DNA of 54,467 nt from Sarea resinae (taxonomy: Eukaryota): assembly GCA_026026165.1 (NCBI GenBank), contig JAPEUD010000074.1:62001-116467 (forward strand). Reading direction: 5' to 3'. Below, in pieces: positions 42,378 through 54,467 of this stretch. Numbering within the stretch: position 1 is the stretch's first letter; each line of letters starts with the position of its first letter. Under the pieces are notes generated by a model, which was given only the letters and a program-made list of their open reading frames with translations, searched no databases and had not been told where the DNA came from. Made by a program: the position numbers and the translations under genes.

Positions 42378-43869
42378 GCATTTGGTCCGATCAATCATGC
42401 ATAGTCCGTCAGCGTTGGCCATAGAGCCTGAATAGTGAAAGACGTTAGTCAACAACCAGCAAAGGGCGGGCACAACATAGAATAGAAGCATTTCGTCGCA
42501 AGCGAGAGATCTCAAGCTTGGACGAAGCACGTTGGATCCCTTTCACGCCGATGGCCCACGAAGTGCAGTGAACTATATCTTATGTCGCACTGAAGAAGTG
42601 GTGTCCTGTGTCTACGTAGTACCTGCTACATAGCATACCGGGCCGGGACGGTCAGTCAGGTGACGTTGTTTGAGGAATTGATGAGATTCATGCGCTGAAT
42701 GCGGTCGATGCGTTCCATGCGCTCCAGCCCGTAAGGTACCATCCACGTTTTGATCCTAGATAGGACGGTCGGCGAGACGGCCACCCAGATCCATCCATCC
42801 ATATCATCATCCATCCATAGATGGGACCCGTGGACGGTTCGGCAGTCCAAGCGAAGTCATTCTGCATAAATCTGCGCCGGACTCTCCTCCTATGCAAAGT
42901 ACAAGGGGCTTCCGATCCAGAATACTACTCTACCGTGCACGGAGTACTACTACGATGAGTACTCGTATCCCATGCTTCGGCTTCGGCTTCGTACGAACGA
43001 CGAATGCCCTCTTCTGGAAGCCTTTACGAGGTCCAGGGTGCATGATTTAGGGTGGTGACGGATGAGAGATACATGCATGGCGGATTGAATTAGCATCGTT
43101 GATTGCTGCACATGAGTGACTCTCTACGCGCCCGGCATGCAGCAAGGGGCCAACAGGGCACGACCGATCAAATGGCCACCCCTGCGGTCTTCATCGCACA
43201 TCCTCTCGAGTATTAGTCCAAGTATCGGCCGTACAAACGACTGGGCGTGCAACGATGATAAGGTGATGGCTTGACGCCCAGACAAAGCCATCAAGGTCGA
43301 GCCGCTCCTTATTTGCAGTGCGATTGGATTTGCAGCGGGCGGGAAAGCTGCAGAATCCATCCATACATATAGTCCGCGTGGGCAACTTGTCCGCACGCTT
43401 CATGAATAGAACCCCACTCGATTCCGGCTTCTCCTGACCAACGCCACCGCCATTGTCTTTCCTCCTCTACTTACTTCCTCATGTCCATGCATTGCCTTTC
43501 CATTCCAACTGCATTTTTGATTTGGATTGTATGAAGCACTCATAGAAATGCATGTTGTGCAGCGATTGATCTCTTCACCCTCGTCATTTCTGCCTTCGCA
43601 TTAAGCGCCGGCCAGCGCCACCTCTCCACATCCTCGCCACGTCGCTGCAGGAGCTAAATCCTGGGCTGGGTCGGCCAGGCGGTTCGAACCCGGTTGACTT
43701 CACCAGTGCTCCTAGGACGGCATTGACCGGGTTCCATCAACCCAATTCCGCGATTCGAATTCGAGATATTGAGTGCATTCCCGGCTTCGGGAAATCGCTC
43801 TACGGATAGCATACGTGGATATAGTCAAACCTCGCTCACAGTTTTCCATTGTTGGGGGAAATCATGGCC

Positions 43870-45782
43870 ATGTCACTGAAGCAGGCGAGTCACGACTTTA
43901 CTCCTTGAACCATGGCGTGGACTCGGCAACTAATACATTTCCCGTATAGGAGATTGAGACTTGGGTCGACGCGATAGCCCTCTATGACAACAACGAATTT
44001 GAGGAGTCCTTGAGATCCTTTGGGTCCATCGCCGACACTTCCAAGATAATATTCAATTGCGGTGTTATCCATGCGACGCTCGGACAACATGGGATAGCAG
44101 TCAGTCTCTTTGGGGATCTCTATGTGGCATTCTGGCTGACGGATTTTTCGAGGTCGAATGTTATCAACGCGCGATAGCATTAGACCAATATTTAGCCGTG
44201 GCTTATTTCCAACAGGGCGTCTCGAATTTTCTCATTGGTGATTTTGAAGAAGCGCTGGCGAACTTCAACGATGCCTTGCTATATCTCCGGGGAAATAATT
44301 TTATCGACTATCAGCAATTAGGGCTGAATTTCAAATTGTATTCGTGCGAAGTCCTGTTCAACCGGGGACTGTGTTACATATATCTCCAGCAGAAAGAGGC
44401 GGGGTTGCATGATTTTTCCTTCGCGGTCAGGGAGAAAGTCGTCGAAGATCACAATGTCATTGACGATGCCATCAGGGAAGAAGCAGAGGTGATTCACCCT
44501 AGGGAAGAGAATGTCGATTGCTGCTGACTGCTCCAGGGCTACACTGTATTTTCAATACCGGTTGGGGTCATCTTCAGGCCAAATAATGCCAAAGTCAGGA
44601 ATCTGAAGACGAAGGACTACCTGGGCAAAGCTCGCCTGATTGCGTCACTGGATCGATCGAACACCCACACGGGATTTTCAGGTTCGGAAAAGAGAGCAGG
44701 AGCCCGGGACCGGAGCGTAGACGATCGACCGCCGGACACGATCTCTTTCGCTGCCAGCCATATGGTCAAGTCGGAGCTGCGAAGTCGAGCGAGGCAACAA
44801 TCAGCACCGCCAATGGATAGGACTGTGTTACCACCAACACCGCCGCCGGAGTCGGAGAAGCCAGGCTACCAATTGGGGTCTACTCCGGAGAGAAACAGTT
44901 CTCCAGCAGTGACTCAGCGCTCCTCGCCTGTCCGCGGCCCTCCTCCAGTGAGGCCCGAGAGGCTGGACGTACAGACCCAGGAGCAGCCCCGACTTGGGAC
45001 TATCAGGACAGCTTCAGAACCGCGTGGTCCTTCGAGGACTTACTCGGACCGCCGCCAGCAAGACCTCACGATTCGGACGCGAAAGGAGACTCCACTTCGA
45101 CAGTTGGTGGAATCGGGTGGCGAGCAAGAAAACGACGAGTCTCCTTCGGAACTGCATGAGATCTATCATCAACCGCAGCCTAGGTTATCCATTGCACAGC
45201 GAAGAGCTCGGTCACGAAGCAATCTACGACCGCGGTCCATCGAGGAGGAGAGTGCCAGTGAAACCCAATCAAGCTCCTCCCCCGACGATGATCGCTTTGA
45301 AATGCTACCACCGCTCACTCAAACCAGAGCCCGTGGACCAAGTCGGGCTGCGTCGCGCAAACCTGAGATTCGAAGGGTAAGCCGAGCTTCGCACTTCTAT
45401 TCCCAGTCTTAGGGGAAAATATTTTTTACTAAAAACGAGCCGTGATGGTACAGATCCGAGTCAAAGTCCACGCGGCAGACACACGCTATATTATGATCGC
45501 GCCCGTATGTGAATTTGCCGAGTTCGTCGGATTAATCCAGCAAAAATTCGAATTGGGCCCGCAGCAACACTTCAAATGTCTGATTAATGATGAGGGAGAT
45601 ATGATCACCATGAGCGATCAGGATGATCTGGATATGGCGATTGCGAATTCGGTGTCTGAAGCCCGGAACCAACGAGACTCGATGGGAAAGATGGGGAAAA
45701 TGGAGGTAAGCTGTGAAATAATTCATTCACTCCTTGGATGTCCCCTGACTGGTTTATATAGATCTGGGCCCAATTGTATTAA
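43870..45782 (+). CDS. noxR: NADPH oxidase regulator NoxR (p67phox-like TPR + PB1), 6 exons
   Basis: MSLKQ|EIETWV; TSKIIFNCGVIHATLG; DQYLAVAYFQQGVSNFL; KNLKT-like RNLKTKDYLGKARL; PB1 IRVKVHA...DEGDMITMSDQDDLDMAI. Confidence 0.92.
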
Positions 45783-46512
45783 AGCATAGATGGGCTACAG
45801 AACCTTCTCCATCAGCATAATGGCGTTTTGTGGAGTTGGAGAGCAAGGATCTGTCTGCTTGATTTTTTTTTTTTCCTTTGAGCGCTTCCGTTCTAAGGTC
45901 GATTTTTACGATGATATCCCTTTCCTATTGCATAGGAGCTCCAGGAAAGAGAGCAATTTACATGGTAATCACTGCATATACAACCTTTGCAAGAATAATT
46001 TCTTTCGCATTCAAGAGTCAATAAATTAGAGGATCACTACTTAGTACGATGTTATCCGTCCACTTGTTCGTCTAGCAATTGCGATGTGCGCCAGACGAGG
46101 GCCCTTGACCGCGATACAGCCGTCTCCTAGACCTCTCCATAGAGCGCGGCTTTGTTCTATCTCACACCCTCATACTTGTCCTATAACAGATTGCCATTCA
46201 AGAACCTTTGCTCCGATGGGCTTGCTTACAGCTCCTACACCCCTCTTATAACTTCCTTTCCCTATGCCCCGCCCCACTCCGCTTCTTTCTCATCTTTGGT
46301 GTTCCTCCCCTTTCCTGCTCCTCTTTCTCCCCAAATTGCTCACCTCTCGATCACAATTCATCGCTGACCAAACTTGCACTCAACGCATCACAGATATTGC
46401 GGATGAGCTGGATCCTAGGCGCAAGAGGACCTGATGACTTCCGTCCCCAATGACGCGATCTCTCTATCGACACGGCACCGATTCCAGACGGGGGCTCCTC
46501 CACACCTATCTA

Positions 46513-46540
46513 GGGGGGGGGGGGGGGGGGGGGGGGGGGG
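46513..46540. repeat. G28 homopolymer
   Basis: 28 consecutive G. Confidence 0.95.
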
Positions 46541-49144
46541 TGGGTTTTCTCAACTCTGTTACATGCTCTTTCAACCGCATAAGATGCTCTCTCACTTTAG
46601 AATTTGAGGCCCATTCGGAGCCCGAAGAATGTGGGCTTGTATAGCTCCTACTTGCTTACCTAGACGGAAAACTCGGGACGGAATATACGCAGCGTGAGTG
46701 TTTTGGTACGAACATGCCATGCACTCGTTGCAGGAGACGGGGTAAAAAGTCAATGGGCTAGATAGGGGATGATACTATGGAGGTCTTATAGACTACTTTT
46801 ACTGTTACTTGTGAAGGGTCAGTATCGATCGAGATGAGATTAGGATCCAGAAGATAAAGAATTCAAGCTAAATATAGGGAAACTAGGTAGGCAGGTAGGC
46901 ACCCTCTCCAAGGCTCGGTCGGTTGTTTGACTTTCATAACAGCAAGTCGTTCGAGCAGTCAACTGGTGAGCTCAGCGGAGCCAAGCTGGGCCAAGCTGTG
47001 TTAGGTCACTACGTCGCAAGTGCTCCCTCGAGGTGGTACAGACTCAGGCTATTTATTCCTCGACTCGCTTTCGCTACCTTTTCTGTATGTAGCGTACTTC
47101 AATCTCAAACCCTCTAGGCTTTCTTCACCGATTTTCAAGATCTTGTGGCATTTTCCCTTTTGGAATGTTTCAGGATCCTTGGCAGGCAGCCCTGGAGGGC
47201 TCTTCAGTCCCTGGTTCACGCTCTCTAGCTGGTATTCAAGGCTTGCGCAAATTCGTCTGCGTAGAAAAAGGAAAGACCTCAGATGCGTGCTATCATCAGG
47301 TTCTTCCTATCTAGCTTATACCGCAATTGCACGTTGCCTTGCCTCGTTCTTCTCTTTCAATCCATCAATGCCCGCCATCCTAGCCTTTACACATCCTAAT
47401 CCCTCACACCCATCATAGAGGTACTCGTAAAGCAAAAAGACTTTTCCTTCTAGAACAAGAAACAAGACTAGCTAGGCAAAGAGAGAGATTTCCCTTACGA
47501 TGTTTCCAGAAGCGATTCTTCGAGAACAATTTGCCTGCTAGTTATTCTCTCACACGCGGCTGCAGAGTCCCACGGGAGCTAGATTAGGCCGGCTTGCTTA
47601 CCCTAGTGCGACGGTTCCTGACCGCCACAGCGACGGATGGCGTCCGCACCGGACTCGACCACATGTGGCTAATGTAGATATGGATACGAAGTACGCGAGA
47701 AAAGTTCGGACTCTCCAGTCCTCCGAACCGGTCCCGAGTTCTTTGCGCGCCGGCCAAGGGGAGAGTGAGTGAGGGAGTGTTGGACAGTACTTTCGTACCG
47801 ATCCTCCGTACTTTGATGATGGGACTCGTGAATCGTCCAACGCGCGTTCCTGAGGCTGGGAAAGGAATATCAGTACATGGTACTCTCAACTCGCTCTGTT
47901 ACGCCCGGGTCCCAACCGCCCACGAAGGTCCCAACCTCAGATCTGGATCGCAAGAGATGTTTCCGTTTCGGGGGAGTTTTGGGGCTGGCCTCGATGCACT
48001 CGAATGGCAACGGGGGCCCCGTCCAGAAGACAAGACAGGTACTACAGTACACGCGTAAAGGTCTAGATCTGCTACGTCTTCGGATACGATCCATTCAGAG
48101 ACCAACGGAGTCGATCGAAACATAAGTACTCGGAGTACGGTAAGAGCGGTGGGGAGGATGGCGATGGATGGCGATAGAAGAGACGGGGCCATCAGCGATG
48201 GACGGCCACACAGGCGATCTTTGTGGCCGATCTGATCTGATCGGCCGAGAGTCGCCCGCAACGCCGCCCCCGCGAGAATGAGGTACTGGACCCAATGCCG
48301 TTCGGATCGCGGACGCAGATTGAAGGGAGGGGCATCATTGAGGACTGTGAATGCGGATGGAGCACCGACGGTCACACGCACCGCAAATTATTGGAAGAGC
48401 ACCGGCTCCGGACTGCCGTGGCCCATTCGCCAGCTTGATCCCGAAACATACAATGAGTTTTGAACCGCCTGGATCCGTCTTGATATCGAAGCGACGAGAC
48501 TACTCCGAGTGCAAGATATTATTGACATATCTCGGAACCGCCAGTAAATTCCCTATTCACATCTCTGCTTCATGTATGTCCTCAGATATTCAAAGCACAC
48601 ATGGGACTCTATAGTCCCAGACATTATCATCGAAGACTACTGTAAACCAGAGTGACCATTGCCAACAAGATCCCACCATCGCCCTCCAGCCGGAGATCAA
48701 CAAAGCACATACGGCCGCGCCCGTCTCCTTTCCTTGCCCCTCCGATATCACAAGCACATCACAGGAACCGCCCGCATCGTCCGCCCGAGCAAGGAAGAGA
48801 GCGATATCGCCGACACGCTCACATGCCCCTCCTTAGCCCTGCGCTTCTCTTCTCTTCCCTTCCCATTCCTTCCCTGCACCCCCTCCCTTTCATTATCTGA
48901 TCGCCCATGACCTGGAGGCCACGACCCCTCGGCAACGGATGGAGTCGGAGCCGAAAGGCGGTGAGCAATGGATGTCGAAACTGGCACCACTCTTCCGTAC
49001 TCCGTAGGAGAGGGAGTGCCCCGAGTACACCAGCGCCCGGAATCATGTACGAAGTACGAAGTTACTTCGAGTTGGTACCTCCAGGCTCTCGGCCCGTGCA
49101 TGGTAATAGTAGTACTCCTACGTGTGTGGCATGCGGGCGGTGAG

Positions 49145-49192
49145 CATGCAACAATGTCCATGCAACAATGTCCATGCAACAATGTCCATGCA
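49145..49192. repeat. 14-bp tandem repeat CATGCAACAATGTC x3.4
   Basis: read directly. Confidence 0.9.
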
Positions 49193-50064
49193 TGTGTCGC
49201 ATGCCCTGCTCTGATGTGCTGTGCTCTGCTCTGCCCTTGCCCAGACCTTGGTCATTCGAGCTTTTCTGACCCGATTAGCTAAGCTACTCATCATCTCTAC
49301 TCCGTAGTACTGCGGCAATAGAAACGCAGGAAAGGGACCGAACGGAATCCACAGCAGGAAAAGTGAGCATCGAAGAGCGAAACGCGAAAAGGCAGAGCAG
49401 GATAGGGAAGGGCAGGGAAGGACATGGATCGATTACACGTTCGTTTATTGCCGCAAGGCCCGCAACTGTTGGCCGGCCTCGCCGCACCTTACTGTACCGA
49501 GTTAAGCGGGCGGCCGCGCACATGCAACCGAGCCACGTCTAGACCCCGAATCATTACTTGATCGAGGAAATCGAGCACGCAGATGATGAATCATGATCGC
49601 GAAGACGGCAAGTGCATATTGATAAAAATTTTATTGATGTTTTTGGAGAGGTTTTTGTATCTATTATGTGGGTAGAGATGTGTGTTTGTGTCTGAGAGAC
49701 TAAGTGCATGACGATGATGATGTTTCGGTCTCGAACCTCTTGAACCAGATTCAACAAAGCTGGGAGGGAGAGCCACATGATTGATCCCATCTCGTTTCCT
49801 CTTCTGGGATCCTCCTCTTACTTTCCCACGCAAGTCGCTCCAATTACTAAAGTGAATATAGGAGTGGGAAAAAAGCCTTCCAAAGCGCCTGAAACAGAAA
49901 GGTGGAATATTATTGAGCCATCAGACCCAAGAAACGCCGGTAGATGCAAGTGATAATGATGAATCGCTCGTAGTCGCTAAATGATATATGGCAATTGTAT
50001 CTCGCTCTCGTAAGACGTCGCTCGTTCGGTCGTGAAGGAATAAATATGTTGCTGCACGACGTGA

Positions 50065-50907
50065 CTAGTACGCGCTCACCAGCTGCTGTGGATTCGTTCT
50101 TTCTGGTATTAAACCTTGCGAATACGACTGCGACGTCGAGAGCGAGGTGTTCGAGGAGACTGCTTGAGCGGAGACATTGTCGTAGAAGGAGGTCGTGGCT
50201 ATTTGCTGTCTCTGCTTCTCCGAGAATGGTGGTAGAGAAGGTTGGGGAGGAGATGGAGGCATCGAGTCGTCATCGGAATCTTCGTCTGAATCATGAAGAA
50301 GTTCTGGTGGTTGACTTGAGGACGAGGTGCGGGTCAAGGCCAACTCTCCGAATTGATCTTCATCATCTTCGTATTCCTCGTCGGAATCGATCTCAACCTC
50401 GGTGACGGTCGGCGATGGGAAAGCCTTTTGTTGAGGTACGGCAGTGGCGAGATATAATTGGTCGTCCATGTCTTCGTCCGATTCGCTGTCGGACATATCT
50501 GACGAGTCGGCATCGGCAGCATCCCAATCCTCCTCGGGCTCTTCGACGATGGTGTCTGCCCAGCGAATGTGCTTTGCTTGTTCGGTCGCCTTATTGGCAC
50601 CCTGGACGGTTTGGTCGAGCCACCGCTCTTGCTCCTCCTCGACATCGGCAAGCTCAAGCACGAGAGTGTCGAGCAGGTTTGCGTGGCCAACAAGTAATCG
50701 GAGGTTGTGGTCTGCCCGAGAAGCTTCCTGGGACAGCTTGCCTCTAGCCGTGTTGGCGAGGAAGTATGTCTGCGAAACGCTCATCTTGGATCTGGGTGAG
50801 GTCTCGGACGACTCGATTGAGGGTGAAGAGGGTTCAGATGATTGTTGTGAGAGGGGAGATGATCGTCGAGGTTGGTAGGACATTTTGTAGTTTTGACTCT
50901 CTGGCAT
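50065..50907 (-). CDS. Ecm13-like conserved acidic protein; probable 5'UTR intron 50918-51031
   Basis: MSVSQTYFLANTARGKLSQEASRADHNLRLLVGHANLLDTL motif followed by D/E-rich disordered tail; the ORF-track ATG at 50931 lies inside a GTGAGT...CTGAC...TAG intron. Confidence 0.7.
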   Translation of the reverse strand: MPESQNYKMSYQPRRSSPLSQQSSEPSSPSIESSETSPRSKMSVSQTYFLANTARGKLSQEASRADHNLRLLVGHANLLDTLVLELADVEEEQERWLDQTVQGANKATEQAKHIRWADTIVEEPEEDWDAADADSSDMSDSESDEDMDDQLYLATAVPQQKAFPSPTVTEVEIDSDEEYEDDEDQFGELALTRTSSSSQPPELLHDSDEDSDDDSMPPSPPQPSLPPFSEKQRQQIATTSFYDNVSAQAVSSNTSLSTSQSYSQGLIPERTNPQQLVSAY

Positions 50908-53900
50908 TGATATGGTTCTATGAGGAAACATGAGTCAGTGCCTGATATGTAAGGGAAATATATTGGGAGCGATGCGTAGGAGGGCCAGGGAAGCGAATCC
51001 CGAGCAGCCGGCTAGATCGATGATGACTCACCAGAAAGGGTATGGTCGATGCGAAATCGCCAACTGTGCGAGTAAGGCAAAGGTTTCTTGTATCTCTGTA
51101 CCTCGCAGGGCAGGGCAGGGCCGTATCCGATGTGTACTTTGTAGACGGATAGGGTATCGGAGCGTGACGATGGTCTGAAGATGCAAGAGGATGGTGATTC
51201 TTCTCGTTTCTTTTCGTTTTTGTTGGTTGTTGGCGAAGGGTACTGAAGGATGTCTGGAGCTGTTGTTGGTGAGGTGCGAAGCTGATGATTCTGATGTCGG
51301 TCCAGGGTGGGGAGCGTGATGGTTCTTTAATAATTCGGAAATGTTGAATGCTGACGACGGCTCTCGGCGTTGAGACGGACGTAGGCAGTGGTGCCTCGTA
51401 CCTAGCGTCCAAGGTTATTTGCAACACGAAACCGCGCACGCACGTCTCACCGCGCACGCACGCACGCAACTCGGCCGACCAGGACTGAAGGCGGATAACT
51501 AAGCTGCCGGATTAGCGATCGATGGGGGGAATCGCTTCCCAGTCGGGGGAAGACATAACCCCGAGTCGAGGGTACGTACCGCACCCTACCGTTGATTATC
51601 GATCAGGTCTGATCAACTCGATCAAATCGATCAAATCATCCACCGCCATCGCTTCGCTTAGCTTGTCGTGCTTATGCCGTAGGGCGTTCGTGGTGATCTC
51701 CGGCTGACCTTGGGCCTAACGCATTCGGATATGAGTCGTGGGATCGCCGACTCGCTTGGCCGACTCACCGCTGGAGGTAAGGAGTACTCCGTACCTGTGC
51801 CCATTCAGCTGCCCATCTCGGTACCTGCGACTATTCCGCAGTACTAATGCGATTCGCCGGTCCCTGTTCGGGCGAGAAGTCTACTGTGACTAACCTGGGG
51901 CTACCTGACGGTAGACCACCAACACTGAGCTTTTTTGTCTTTTTCGCTCGTCCTTTGCCCTCATGAGGTACCTTTGGTGCCCCAATGGTCGAGTGCGGTA
52001 CGGAGTTTGATCGGCTTAGACCGATCGGACTTTGTGTTACCCCCTGCGACCGGACTTGGGCCTCGAGTCGGTACGAACGACGCCGTACCCTCGAATCATC
52101 GCAATCGTGCCCTTTCTAAGGAATTTAGAGTCGAAGTCAATTCTCATTGCTCGCGCGTGGATTACTCTTCTCTTCAGCCCTGCATTCCGAAACAGTCACG
52201 ACCCATTTCTAATCGGAGCGGTGACTACGCCTAATGTCCGGACCCCAGCCATGTGCTCTGCCCGTGCGGCCGGTCCGCTTGACAGCCAGTCCCGGTCTGC
52301 GGATGGTGATGCCGGCGCGTGCACTGTCCTACTGATCATGGTAGAAAAGAGCGACACATATGCAGAGCGCAACTCCAGCTCGCCCAGGGCGACGCTCGAA
52401 TGTGAAACGAATCGCCGACCGAGTCTTAGGACTCCAGTGCATCAATCAGGATGCTAGTAGACATAATGCATACCTATGAAGGAAGCGCAGCTCCAGCTTC
52501 TTCCTTACGTGTAAGTCGTCGTCGTCAGCTCTCTGGACGGCTTGGCTGCAGACAACAAAGATGTTGGCAGAACGAGGCGCAGTGCCAGCTTTCGCTTCAT
52601 CCAGTAAACAGCTCACGAGAATATGCTTATAACCGCGGCGGTCCAATAATGCGCATCTATCAAGTGCAGACCATTCCTCTCGTCGACGGAAATAATAGCG
52701 ACCGCCGTGCTCTGGGGTTGGTTGGGTGACATAAGCAATAATGCGGGGTGTGTCTATCGCAGGGCATGTATGCCAATCTGAGTGACTCCGCACCAGAATC
52801 ACCTACCTTACCTACTCATCACCGACGATTACTCACCGCGAATGATGGAAGCCATCACCGGGCGTTGCAGCTACTCGCCCAACTCGGGACATGATTAGAG
52901 GAAACTTTGCAACGGCTCTCAAGATGCCGCCTTAGACCGTAGGACGCAAGAACGGTCGATTGCTTCGTTCTCTGGAAAGTCAATTCCCTCCTAGATGATT
53001 CCGCCGGCCCAAGTTTGGGCCGAGAGCCTCACAGAAGCTCAAGTGAGGGGACGGCCACGGATGGTCGGATGAAAGTCGCATCTTACCTCCGACTGCCTGC
53101 CGTGTGCCAAGTGCACAGAGCGAAAGACGCGAAAGACGGCTGGATGACGATTACTCGATTACTCACACGCGAACCGTGGGACGGAAGCCCCTAGCGATTG
53201 GCCGCTTACTCATCCGACATTGCCGATTGCCTGTGCTCTCCAGGCTCCCATTGCCACTTGTTCAACTGCGAGGATAGAGATCCGATCATAATCCCCGACC
53301 TCCGACATCCCTCTTCACGCCTTCTGGCCCTCCATTCTAGCCACCGAATATGTCTACGTGCGCCCTATCAGAAAACTCAATAAGTCAGGGTTGACGATGG
53401 TAGACAGAGGAGTAGATAGCTGCCTCGTCTACCTACTAAGAAAGACTACAAGAACCAACCTGTTCTGATCTGGTCGTAAAATCTCACTCATTCCTACTAC
53501 ATCTCTGAATCACAGCTTGATCACCTTAGTGATTACTCAGGACTTGATTACATACGCCCGTGCTCCAGAGTCATGACCGTGAGAGTCATGACCGACCCAT
53601 CCCCACAACCCCCCCCCCCCCCAAAATCCCTTCCCCCACATCCCACTCCTCGCTTCGCCTCGACTCGTCGACTCGAGCACCCACCCCAACCCCGGATCTT
53701 CCGGCCCCACCATCTAGACTCCACACGGGACTCCAGCAATGTGGATCTCTTCCAACCTACCGGACCTCATCCAAATACAAATCGACGATAGATAGATATC
53801 CAGACTGCACTCATACTCGTACTCGAACAACTGTCAAGCAGAGCAGAGCAGAGGCTATTCGGTCTCTTTCCGATTCGATAGCACCTACCTATTGACCGGG

Positions 53901-54445
53901 ATATCTGTGCTGGCGACCTCAGTTCTACTCTACTCTACTCTAGCTGCGTAGGCCTCGATAATCCTAGCCTGGCCCAGCCAGCCCTACGAATGATCCGGGG
54001 TTGGGGGAATCAGTCCATGTCATCGTTTCTCTCCTTTGCTCGAGGGCCGTTTCGATGGAAGCTCTACAGCTGGACCTGCCTGAATCCCCTGTCTACCTAC
54101 CAAGCAATCGGCTCAGAAACAGCTCCCCTTGAACCCTCTCCATAGCCCTCTCATCTCCAGACCGAACACTCAGGCGTATATCTCTGCATCAATCCGTTTC
54201 TCGTACCTCAACTACGTGGTATCCCATACCATACAATCAATATATATCTCAAGCAGCTGCCTGACTCATCGAGCTCCCACCCAAATCCCAAGTCCCAATC
54301 GCGTCCCCCTCGCCCCCTCCCCTTAACCGCCAACTGCCTGACCCCACCAAGCCCTTGTTCCAGTATCTGAGAGTGAGTGATGGATGCCAACCCAAGCGCG
54401 ACGTATTCGTATGGGCCTTGCCTACTGGAGTACCAGCGTATCATG

Positions 54446-54467
54446 CCCCCCCCCCCCCCCCCCCCCC
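54446..54467. repeat. Terminal C22 homopolymer (possible contig end)
   Basis: window ends inside a poly-C run. Confidence 0.85.

Noticed and set aside
43650..43705. tRNA-like GGTTCGAACCC B-box followed by ...CACCA
   Set aside because: Only ~21 nt lie between the putative acceptor 5' strand and the T-arm, leaving no room for D and anticodon arms; the stems are mismatched.

Overview
Eukaryotic DNA from a filamentous ascomycete (Pezizomycotina-type short GT-AG introns with CTRAY branch sites). It holds 15 recognisable, mostly multi-exon genes: RPS16, ATS1-like RCC1 protein, RAD9, an F-box/LRR-like protein, THI20-like HMP-P kinase/TenA, DBP2, a Con7-type C2H2 factor, a PPR-like protein, ISA2, kynureninase, a CrgA-like RING/LON protein, RICTOR/Avo3, MRPL23, CCS1 and NoxR. 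A sixteenth, less certain gene is Ecm13-like. Several multi-kb intergenic tracts separate them. I saw no transposon, rRNA, tRNA or CRISPR. Most notable: (1) the spliced CrgA-like protein ends in a CaaX box (CTLL) followed by a UGA-CUA readthrough context whose extension is a membrane-spanning tail; (2) a ~2 kb sense-strand ATG-free leader precedes the Con7-like gene, which also has candidate exitrons; (3) a TAC-GNA-GTA mini-hairpin motif is strongly enriched outside coding regions; (4) the DBP2 intron is extensively self-paired. Exon boundaries and motif counts were read by eye, and protein identities come from recognised motifs, not database searches.
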